In this document: one piece after another, positions 9,552-17,731 of the stretch | How the letters are laid out: each line of letters begins with the position of its first letter | Numbering within the stretch: the stretch's first letter is position 1 | NCBI GenBank assembly: GCA_021498095.1 | Contig: JAIZWK010000001.1 | Span: forward strand, 3,000,001 to 3,032,000 | Origin: Candidatus Harpocratesius repetitus | GTDB taxonomy: Archaea > Asgardarchaeota > Lokiarchaeia > Sigyniarchaeales > Promethearchaeaceae | Direction: 5' to 3' | DNA length: 32,000 nucleotides | Made by a program: the position numbers and the translations under genes | The notes under the pieces: generated by a model | What the model was told of the DNA's origin: nothing | Seen by the model: only the letters and a program-made list of their open reading frames with translations | Database searches by the model: none

Positions 9552-10088
9552 ATGATGAAAATAACTAAATGGTTTTCCAAAGAAGAATGCTTAGAAGCAA
9601 TGAAACAATTTCCTAACAGATTCGAAGCAAAAGATCTTGATGGATTGAAAGATGCAGTTTTTTATTTCCAAGCCACATTTGGGACGATTTATTCATCTAA
9701 AGAAATGGATGAAGACGATGACAAATATGAATTATGGGAAAACCTTGCCGACAATTTAGAAGAATATGAATCTATTGCTTATTTCATTGAAATTCGCGCT
9801 GAAGGTGGACCAAAAATTATCTTCTACTTAAGCGAAGATGAACAAAAGATAGGATTATGGGAAGGAGAATGGGATAAAGAAGCAGCTAAAGAAGCTATTG
9901 AAGCAAAGAATTATGTTTGGATGGATTGGGTTCCAAGCTGTCAACTTCAAATTATGATGGGAAATCCAAATACAGATGCTCAATTCTTTAGTGGAGAATT
10001 AAAAGTAGACGGTTCAATTAAACTTGCTTCAATGCCTAGACAACTCGGTTATGATTTCTTTGAATTTTTAGATATAGAAATTGATTGA
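9552..10088 (+). CDS. SCP2 sterol/lipid-binding domain-containing protein
   Basis: C-terminal IMMGNPNTDAQFFSGELKVDGSIKLA resembles the SCP2 signature (AFMxGKLKIxGD); very acidic protein. Confidence 0.65.
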   Translation: MMKITKWFSKEECLEAMKQFPNRFEAKDLDGLKDAVFYFQATFGTIYSSKEMDEDDDKYELWENLADNLEEYESIAYFIEIRAEGGPKIIFYLSEDEQKIGLWEGEWDKEAAKEAIEAKNYVWMDWVPSCQLQIMMGNPNTDAQFFSGELKVDGSIKLASMPRQLGYDFFEFLDIEID

Positions 10089-10119
10089 AACATCAAAAGT
10101 TAAGAATATTTTTTTAATC

Positions 10120-11634
10120 TTATTTTTCTTTCAATAGATTTTTTTTATTTTGAATTCTTTGTTGTTTTTTGATTTTTCGATAAAAATCTGGATTGATCCA
10201 ATATTTCCTGTTTAAATCTACACTTTGAAATTTGGATTTTTCTGGATCATAATAAAATTTGAAGTTCTTTAGTATCCCAAAATCGATAAATTTTAAGGGA
10301 GAAATCATTTTTAGAGTTCCTTTATTGAGAACTGTTGATTCTTCATAAAAAATATCACAGTATTTACTTCCGACGCGTGCACCAACATAAGCAAAAATCT
10401 TACCTAATGAATAACCTCGGAACTGTTCCCCAATAATTATTCCATTAAATATTTGTCTAGAATGATATTCAGGATTCTTTTTTAAAAAAGCATTTGAATA
10501 ACCTAAACATATCTGGTCTTCGTTGTCAAGTTCTAAGAATAGAAGAACAGCATAATTTCCAAAAATTTTTTCTAAAAAAGAAATATCGAATAAATCAGGA
10601 TTGATTTCACCATTTCTTTTAATAATTTTTGTGAATAGTGATCCTTGTGTTGGAATCGATTCTATAATATATATTATCAAATCTAGCTGAAAATCTTTTA
10701 TTAATTGACGATTCGATGGATTATTAATGGGAATTTTTAGAATTTGAAAAGTTAATCTAATTTCTTTCATTATAGAAATGATCATTTGAAAAAAATTTGG
10801 ATCAGAAAAATTCTTTTTAAAGCAAAATTTGATTTTTTCTAATTTTTTCTGTATAATCTTTGCTTTTTTTTTATGGAACTTTTTTCTTCTTAATACTATA
10901 TTCCATTTATCTCTCATAATAGGTGAATCTAAATCAATTCCATTTTTAAAGTGATAATAGAGAGTATTTGCCTTTTCCCATAGAGATATAATATCAGATG
11001 GCACATCCAGTGGATTAAATTTAGGATTACTCCAAATAAAACCATAAGTGCTCCTATAATAAAAACGATTGCTATTTTTTCGAAGAAATTTTTCATTATA
11101 TGGATATAAATACACTGATAAATTAGTTGATAAAGAGTTTTTATTTTTCTGATAAAAATCTTGTAATATTGAAGATTCAGGGAACTCCCAAAAAATGTAT
11201 GAAATATTTGATCTATAGGTAAGAATTATTTTAGAAAAAAAAGAAGAGAAAAATGATTTTTGAAAATTTTTGATTAAGGTTGGTAATTCTGTAGGATCGA
11301 TCATCCATATACAATTTATCCACTCTGTTTGAGTTTCACCAAATTTTCTTGGAATATGCCTAAATATTAAAAGCCCAACAAATCTTACTTCATTCGGTAA
11401 AATTTTATTTTGAATGACTACTCTAATAGAAGAGATTTCAATAAATCTTTTATTTGTTTTTATTCTTTTCATATTTTCTAAAAAACTAAGTGCTTTTTCT
11501 CTATTAATAAACGAGATATTTTCTAAAACTTTCTTTTCTAAAAGATGTAGGTTTTCTGAATTTCCAAGAAAAATTTCTTTAAATTTATAATTTATACTAT
11601 GATACGTTTCTAAAGATTGAATTTCAATTTTCAT
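10120..11634 (-). CDS. Hypothetical protein with a probable C-terminal GNAT acetyltransferase domain
   Basis: 504-aa ORF. The C-terminal IIIGEQFRGYSLGK resembles acetyl-CoA binding motif A, followed by STVLNKGTLKM (motif B-like). The N-terminal ~330 aa are unrecognised. Confidence 0.55.
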   Translation of the reverse strand: MKIEIQSLETYHSINYKFKEIFLGNSENLHLLEKKVLENISFINREKALSFLENMKRIKTNKRFIEISSIRVVIQNKILPNEVRFVGLLIFRHIPRKFGETQTEWINCIWMIDPTELPTLIKNFQKSFFSSFFSKIILTYRSNISYIFWEFPESSILQDFYQKNKNSLSTNLSVYLYPYNEKFLRKNSNRFYYRSTYGFIWSNPKFNPLDVPSDIISLWEKANTLYYHFKNGIDLDSPIMRDKWNIVLRRKKFHKKKAKIIQKKLEKIKFCFKKNFSDPNFFQMIISIMKEIRLTFQILKIPINNPSNRQLIKDFQLDLIIYIIESIPTQGSLFTKIIKRNGEINPDLFDISFLEKIFGNYAVLLFLELDNEDQICLGYSNAFLKKNPEYHSRQIFNGIIIGEQFRGYSLGKIFAYVGARVGSKYCDIFYEESTVLNKGTLKMISPLKFIDFGILKNFKFYYDPEKSKFQSVDLNRKYWINPDFYRKIKKQQRIQNKKNLLKEK

Positions 11635-11700
11635 ATTAGTTTTTTATATATGAAGTTTTAAATTACGAAAAAATAACCAATAAATAGAGATCAAGTAATT

Positions 11701-12549
11701 TTGTTGAAAAAAATGATTATTGGTTTAACCATTCAAAATTATAAAAATATCAAACCTTCTTTATATACAAAAATTGTACTAAAAATGGGTATTGATCACA
11801 TTGAATATGATCCATCAATTTTTTTCGATCTTAACGATATCTTATTGTTAATTAAAAATACAAAAAAAAAATCTGTAATTCTTCATTCACCATATTATTC
11901 AGATTGGGGATATGATTTATCCAGCAAGCAACAACATGATAAAATAGAAAAATTCCTTCAAAATCTTAATGAATTTTACAAAGAACTTAGAATCAAAGCT
12001 GTTGTTGTCCATCCTCCAAAAGATCCAAATTCAGATGAAAAATTTTTTCTCCAAAATATTAATCAAATCCCAGTAACTGTTTTGTTGGAAAATTTACCTG
12101 GACAATCTTGGAAAAATTTTGAAAATTGGTATTTTTCCATAAAAAACATGGCAAAATCTAAAATTAAAGTTTGTTTTGATATTCCACATAGTTATCTAGC
12201 AAATGGAAAATCTCATATCTTTGATATTCCAGAAAAGATTTTGAATGAAATTGTTTATATTCACATTTCAGAATTGGATGGAATAAGTGATTGCCATTGG
12301 CCGTTTTATACAGCAGGAGGGAGTCTACCCATTGATAAATTTAAGGATTTTCTAAAACAAACACAATTCTCAGGAATTATTAATATGGAAATGCGACCTA
12401 TCAATAAAGTAGATATGATTAATTTAGTCCGGTCTTTTTTACTTTTGCATAGATTAACTAATAAGCGAATCTATGTCCAGAAATTATTTCGATTAGGAAT
12501 AAATCTAATCCCAATTCTATATTTTTTAATGAAAAATAAATTATTCTAA
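11701..12549 (+). CDS. Sugar phosphate isomerase/epimerase / AP endonuclease family 2 (xylose isomerase-like TIM barrel)
   Basis: Metal-ligand pattern LHSP, VVVHP, LLENL, CFDIPH, YIHISE, DCHWP, INME. The likely start is ATG at 11713. Confidence 0.8.
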   Translation: MLKKMIIGLTIQNYKNIKPSLYTKIVLKMGIDHIEYDPSIFFDLNDILLLIKNTKKKSVILHSPYYSDWGYDLSSKQQHDKIEKFLQNLNEFYKELRIKAVVVHPPKDPNSDEKFFLQNINQIPVTVLLENLPGQSWKNFENWYFSIKNMAKSKIKVCFDIPHSYLANGKSHIFDIPEKILNEIVYIHISELDGISDCHWPFYTAGGSLPIDKFKDFLKQTQFSGIINMEMRPINKVDMINLVRSFLLLHRLTNKRIYVQKLFRLGINLIPILYFLMKNKLF

Positions 12550-13364
12550 ATTGAAATCGATATTGGATGCAACATTTGCCGGTATTCATCAAAATTTTTA
12601 ATAAAATCATCTAATAATGAATAATCAAGAATTACACCCTCATTGTTAATTATAACCTCTGATATTTTATTAGATACTAAGATTATTGGATATAAATTAA
12701 GCAGTTTATATGAATTTACATTTGAATTTTGGTTTTTATTTCGATAAGTTCTTTTTATTTTTAGATGAAATTTAGAAAGAAGATTACTCAAAATCATGGG
12801 AATTGATGAAAGTACTTTTACACGTTCAAATTGATTTTGTAATGCATTTTTTAATTTTAAAGGAGAAATTGTTGAATTCTTCCATTTTTTGCCATCTATA
12901 AATAAAATATGATTATTTTTAAGTGCAACACAATCAATCTCATATTTTCGGTTGTTTGCAGAAAATCTAAATGATCTAAAGGCTTGATAACCAATTGATT
13001 CAAGTAATTCAACCAAGTATTTTTCAAATTCTTGCCATGAAATTGAAGAAAAAATGTTAGAATATGAATAATTTTTAGCTAAATCTTGGATACATTCAAA
13101 AAGTGAAGGATACTGCATCGATGTTGGGCGAAAAACATAGAACCCTTCTTTAGTACAAATTAAATCTTGAGGAATAAATGATTTCACTTCTTTTACCCTA
13201 AGTAGATCAGAAGGTAAACCATTCAAATTTAGGCTTATATTACTGTATTCGCGAAGTTCTTGTGCAGTTATATAAGTAAGAGGAAAAATCTTTGGGGGAT
13301 CATATTCTTCTACGATGATTAACTTCTTTTTTAATTCAGTAATAGATAATGAAGGATCCGTCAT
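12546..13364 (-). CDS. PD-(D/E)xK nuclease of the Mrr-cat/NERD-like archaeal family
   Basis: SWQEFEKYLVELLESIGY...EIDCVA...FIDGKKW catalytic pattern. GGAGTG SD-like site upstream. 4-bp convergent stop overlap with the TIM-barrel gene. Confidence 0.75.
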   Translation of the reverse strand: MTDPSLSITELKKKLIIVEEYDPPKIFPLTYITAQELREYSNISLNLNGLPSDLLRVKEVKSFIPQDLICTKEGFYVFRPTSMQYPSLFECIQDLAKNYSYSNIFSSISWQEFEKYLVELLESIGYQAFRSFRFSANNRKYEIDCVALKNNHILFIDGKKWKNSTISPLKLKNALQNQFERVKVLSSIPMILSNLLSKFHLKIKRTYRNKNQNSNVNSYKLLNLYPIILVSNKISEVIINNEGVILDYSLLDDFIKNFDEYRQMLHPISISI

Positions 13365-13449
13365 AATTACACTCCAAATCTATTAAAGAAACCCGAAATA
13401 TTATTTTTAATATATATTAGAAAAAAAAAATTTATATATCTTAAAAGGA

Positions 13450-14859
13450 ATGGTGAATATTCTGCAAAAATCGAGTGAAAACATAATCAAAGGTATAATA
13501 TTCTCGGTTTTTGAAAGTGAAGGTCCAATTCCAATTGTTTGTATTCCAGAAATCATCCCTGAACATCAACAACTTTTGATTTCCATGAAATCAATTAGTT
13601 TATTAATGGGAGAACAAGTTTATCAAGATGGACAAGAGATTGATTCGATAAAGTATTTTGGGATATTGCCTTTCCCAGATATGCAATTTACAGGATTAAC
13701 TTACTTTTTCTTAATTAGTGACGAATCAGCCCGTGGTAAAGCAAAAGCAGCCACAATTTCATTATTAATTAAAGACTCTATGGCTTCAATTTTATATGAA
13801 CAAATGAAAGATCTGTCCATTTTTATCTCTGAAAGTGCTAATCAAATAAATAAAATGACCACATCAGAACAAACATATGAAATAATTTTAAGATTATATG
13901 AAACCATCGATTCTTTTTTGAATAAAGTTAGGACTCCAATTAGTAGTGAAAGAAATTTAAAAATCCTTTTTACTGGACTTGATGCATCAGGAAAAACTAG
14001 TTATTTACGAGCAATCAAACAAAAATATAGCGAATTAACCAATATTAAACCAACCCGTGGAGTTGATCGCTATGAAGAACAAATATTAGGTAAAGACCTG
14101 ATGGAGTGGGATGTTGGAGGTCAAATTAAATATCGCCAATTTTTCCTTAAACAAGCAGATCTTTATTTATTTGATACAAATCTATTATTTTTCTTAGTAG
14201 ATATGCGTGATAGCAAACGGTTTCCTGAAATGTATGAGTTTTTTGGTAAAATTATTTCAATCTTGGAAGCTTTTAATCAGTATCCACCAATTATAGTTAA
14301 TTTGCATAAAATCGATCCTGATATAGAATGCGATCAAGAAATAATACAAAATATTCCAATTGTAATAGAAGAATTGCTTAAAATTGGAAAGAAATTTCAA
14401 ATAAAATTCTTTAAAACTTCCATATTCAATCCATATTCTTTAACCAAGTCATTTTCTGAAGGTTTGAGCGCCATGAGCCCAAACCGAGAAATATTACGCA
14501 GCCAAATTCGTTGGTTGGCACATAACATAAATGCTGAAGCAATTTTATTACTAAATAATAGTTCAATTATATTATCTGATTACTCTGTTGATGAACTCAC
14601 TAAAAGAGTTTCAGAGATTTCTGCACCACATTTTCAGAATTTGTATAGGACATTTTCAGAGTTTAAATTATTACGGAAAAGTCAAGCAATTTGGCAAATG
14701 GATGAAAAAGTAATTCTTTTTATTCGATTAAATTTACCTCAAGAACCTGTTTTTTTAATGTGTTTAGTAAAGAACAATGCAAAAGTTTTTTCAGATTTAG
14801 ATAAAGTATTACCTGAATTTGAGAGCCGAATTTTCCCTCTATTAAAATCATTTTTGTAA
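13450..14859 (+). CDS. Longin (FLCN/SMCR8/NPRL2-like) - Rag-like small GTPase - roadblock fusion protein
   Basis: N-terminal FSVFESEGPIPIVCIP and DESARG; G1 GLDASGKT (aa176-183), G2 PT, G3 WDVGGQ, G4 HKID, G5 TSIF; C-terminal ~125-aa alpha/beta domain resembling the Rag C-terminal roadblock domain. Confidence 0.8.
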   Translation: MVNILQKSSENIIKGIIFSVFESEGPIPIVCIPEIIPEHQQLLISMKSISLLMGEQVYQDGQEIDSIKYFGILPFPDMQFTGLTYFFLISDESARGKAKAATISLLIKDSMASILYEQMKDLSIFISESANQINKMTTSEQTYEIILRLYETIDSFLNKVRTPISSERNLKILFTGLDASGKTSYLRAIKQKYSELTNIKPTRGVDRYEEQILGKDLMEWDVGGQIKYRQFFLKQADLYLFDTNLLFFLVDMRDSKRFPEMYEFFGKIISILEAFNQYPPIIVNLHKIDPDIECDQEIIQNIPIVIEELLKIGKKFQIKFFKTSIFNPYSLTKSFSEGLSAMSPNREILRSQIRWLAHNINAEAILLLNNSSIILSDYSVDELTKRVSEISAPHFQNLYRTFSEFKLLRKSQAIWQMDEKVILFIRLNLPQEPVFLMCLVKNNAKVFSDLDKVLPEFESRIFPLLKSFL

Positions 14860-14898
14860 TAAATCAATTTCTTTATGGAAAATCAGAAAAAAATAGGA

Positions 14899-15519
14899 TT
14901 AAGGCCAATTTTCATATTTTTCAATAATTTTTACGAAACTCTCATAGATATTTTTATGTTGCTCATATAGTGCTATTGTTTCAAATATTTGGGGATTTTT
15001 AGAAGCATTTATATGATTTTCTGGAAAATAAAGGTTATACTTGCTTAATAAAGTAATTACTTCTTCTTTTGAAATAATATTTTGCAAATCTTGCTTATTT
15101 ATCATAACAACTAATGGAATTTTTTCAACTATAGGCAATTCAGAAATTTCTGTCAATTCAGCAATAGAATCTTCATTTGCATTCATTTTTTCTTTTTGAC
15201 CATCAAGTACCAAAACTACTGCATCTGCCCCAAAAAAAACTTTTGTTCGTAATGGTAAGAACCTTTTCTGCCCAGCTACAGTATAAATATGATAAAATAA
15301 TTGGTTTTGTTTCACACTTTTAACGATTCCGCGATCAAAGTAATTTGTGGCACCAGATGGTGTTGCGATTTTTGTTAATTCTCCTTCAGGATTAATTAAA
15401 GAATCGGGAATTTCTTGTATGATCTTGAATAATGTGTCGACTGCAGTTGTTTTTCCACTTGCATAACAACCCCAATATACGATTTTTAGATATTTATCTC
15501 CAGTTTCTGTTTTTCTCAC
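14899..15519 (-). CDS. MglA-like small GTPase
   Basis: KIVYWGCYASGKTT (G1), ATNYFD (G2 region), YTVAGQ (MglA-type G3 without Asp), GADAVVLVLD and NKQD (G4). GTG start. Confidence 0.78.
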   Translation of the reverse strand: MRKTETGDKYLKIVYWGCYASGKTTAVDTLFKIIQEIPDSLINPEGELTKIATPSGATNYFDRGIVKSVKQNQLFYHIYTVAGQKRFLPLRTKVFFGADAVVLVLDGQKEKMNANEDSIAELTEISELPIVEKIPLVVMINKQDLQNIISKEEVITLLSKYNLYFPENHINASKNPQIFETIALYEQHKNIYESFVKIIEKYENWP

Positions 15520-15604
15520 TTTATTTAATCTCCCAAATTATATGGTCTTAATTCTTCATTTATCTTTGAAAATTATAAATTTTTTAGTATTTAACAAAAT
15601 TTCT

Positions 15605-16912
15605 TCATTGCTTACGTTTTCTTATGTATAATCCAAAAATCAAAGAAATAAATAGAAAAGATCCTAAACTTAAAATAATTTTCAACCAATTGCTAAAAAT
15701 TAATACTGATTGAGGTTCTATTGTTGTATTTTTTACTTCAAAATCCATTTGAAAATCGAAATAATATTTTTGAGAATTTCCAAGCGGATATAAAAATGGA
15801 AATTCAGGAATTCCATCAGTATCATTCGTTATCAGATCTAAAGGTGGATCAATTCCTTCTTCATACCATCCACCTATAGTTGTAATCAAATGAACATAAT
15901 CCATTTGATATAAATACTGCAAAGCGGATTCATTTCCATAATGAAAATAAGGTTTCCCCCATGTTGGATCGGCACTAACCCAACCTAAAGTTGGCAAATA
16001 GTATTGCACCCAAGCATGACCTGGAATTTCATTATCAGAATTAATAGAATAACTCCATTTATCTCCAGACGAAAGAGTATATTTTGGAATTGGATCTGAT
16101 AATGAGCCATCAATTAGAGCAATTCCCAAAACTTTTCGCGCAGGAATTCCCGCTGCACGTAATAAACCAACCATCAATGTTGAAAATTCAGAACAATCAC
16201 CTGAAAATGTGTTTATTATTTCCTTTAATGTCAAAACTTCTATAGAATCTGTGTAGTTCATAGATTTTTCAATAAAAAGATATATTGATTCAACAACTTG
16301 CTTTATATTTGTTGAATTATGAGTAATAGAATAAACCAGTGATTGCACTTGTGAATCATTTATTTCATAATATGGTTGTTGTGAAGTGTAAAATTGATAA
16401 AGCCAATCAGATGTGTTATAATCAGATAAAGATAAATTTGAAGGAATTATGTAAGAAGTTGATTTTAGGGTTACGTTATAGGTTGCAGAAAATGAAAATT
16501 CAGTGAGATCTTGATATGGATTCATATTAACTTCATAATAATCGAATGAATTATTGTAGACATCACTGGGATCAAATGAATAATTTTGATAAAATGCAGG
16601 GGGATTAAAATCTATCAATTTAGACGATTGAATATATGTATGATTTTCATTTCCAGTTTCCCATGATTTCAATCGAGGAATCCATATTTTAAATGTACTT
16701 CGATAGGGAGATTGAGCTATATAATCAATGTTATAGGTTATTTCCATGTTAACAGATTCATCTGATTGAAAAGGAACAGGAATAAAAGAAGAAGATGCTT
16801 GTACTGAAGGAATTAATGAAAGTAACAAAACTTGAATTAAAAATATAACAAAGAAGAATAAAAATTTTTTATCAAAATCATAGTAAAGTGATTTCTTTAT
16901 TGTTTTATGCAT
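15605..16912 (-). CDS. Membrane-anchored, exported transglutaminase-like domain protein
   Basis: Cys-His-Asp triad in GDCSEF...RAAGIPAR...GHAWVQ...WVSADPTW. N-terminal hydrophobic signal segment; C-terminal TM helix with a basic tail (RKRKQ). Confidence 0.85.
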   Translation of the reverse strand: MHKTIKKSLYYDFDKKFLFFFVIFLIQVLLLSLIPSVQASSSFIPVPFQSDESVNMEITYNIDYIAQSPYRSTFKIWIPRLKSWETGNENHTYIQSSKLIDFNPPAFYQNYSFDPSDVYNNSFDYYEVNMNPYQDLTEFSFSATYNVTLKSTSYIIPSNLSLSDYNTSDWLYQFYTSQQPYYEINDSQVQSLVYSITHNSTNIKQVVESIYLFIEKSMNYTDSIEVLTLKEIINTFSGDCSEFSTLMVGLLRAAGIPARKVLGIALIDGSLSDPIPKYTLSSGDKWSYSINSDNEIPGHAWVQYYLPTLGWVSADPTWGKPYFHYGNESALQYLYQMDYVHLITTIGGWYEEGIDPPLDLITNDTDGIPEFPFLYPLGNSQKYYFDFQMDFEVKNTTIEPQSVLIFSNWLKIILSLGSFLFISLIFGLYIRKRKQ

Positions 16913-16926
16913 ATCTGATCAAGCTA

Positions 16927-17679
16927 TTAAAATTTTCCCTCCTTTTTTTTTTGTGGGTTATTTCCTATAAAAAGAAAGTTATTTTTTTCCTTACGTGCTC
17001 CAAATGCTTGTATTAAGATTGGAGTAAAGTTTTTAGTTAATTTTCTAAATTCAACAGCTCTAAATAAATGATAAAATCGATTAACGGTCAAATTTCCTTG
17101 GGAACTTGATAATTTCCAAGGAACAATTACATCACCTACTTCAAAATCAATAGTATTGTTAAAATAAGGTTTGTCTTTACATGCATCATAAGTCATTTTT
17201 GTTATTTGATGTATATATTCTTTGATAAATCTTTTTTGTTTAAATCTCCATACAGTAATTACTATTAAGGCATTCATTGTAGATATTCGTTGAAACTCAA
17301 CCATGACATTTTCTCTAGTAATACTACCTTTAATATGATGAATGCTGGCAATTGCGAAAATTCCATCTAAAGAATCTGATCGAAATGGAAGAGCACATAT
17401 ATCTGCTTGGATTTTCATACTATTTGATTGATTTCTTTTAAGCATTTCTCTTGATTGATCAAGATCGATTAAGATTCGGCAGTATTTTAATAAATATTCT
17501 GAATGTCGCCCAGAACCTGAACCTAAATCAGCAAAAATATATGATTTTTGATTACTTTTTTGATCAAAGTATTGATTCTTTTGAAAATATTTAGTTAAAT
17601 AAGGTGTTAAAATGGAAATCAAAGGTGGCCATGGATGTTGGCGTTTATTACTCCAATCTTGTGCAATTCTATCAAACAT
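16927..17679 (-). CDS. Class I SAM-dependent methyltransferase, Trm9/ALKBH8-MT-like
   Basis: FDRIAQDWS..RQHPWP, DLGSGSG, ADICALPF, AIASIHH, ITVW, GDVIVPW, RFYHLF..VEF. Confidence 0.75.
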   Translation of the reverse strand: MFDRIAQDWSNKRQHPWPPLISILTPYLTKYFQKNQYFDQKSNQKSYIFADLGSGSGRHSEYLLKYCRILIDLDQSREMLKRNQSNSMKIQADICALPFRSDSLDGIFAIASIHHIKGSITRENVMVEFQRISTMNALIVITVWRFKQKRFIKEYIHQITKMTYDACKDKPYFNNTIDFEVGDVIVPWKLSSSQGNLTVNRFYHLFRAVEFRKLTKNFTPILIQAFGARKEKNNFLFIGNNPQKKKEGKF

Positions 17680-17731
17680 TTCTCTTCATTAAATTAATTA
17701 ATATACTTTAATATTTTAAATTAAAGTTATC

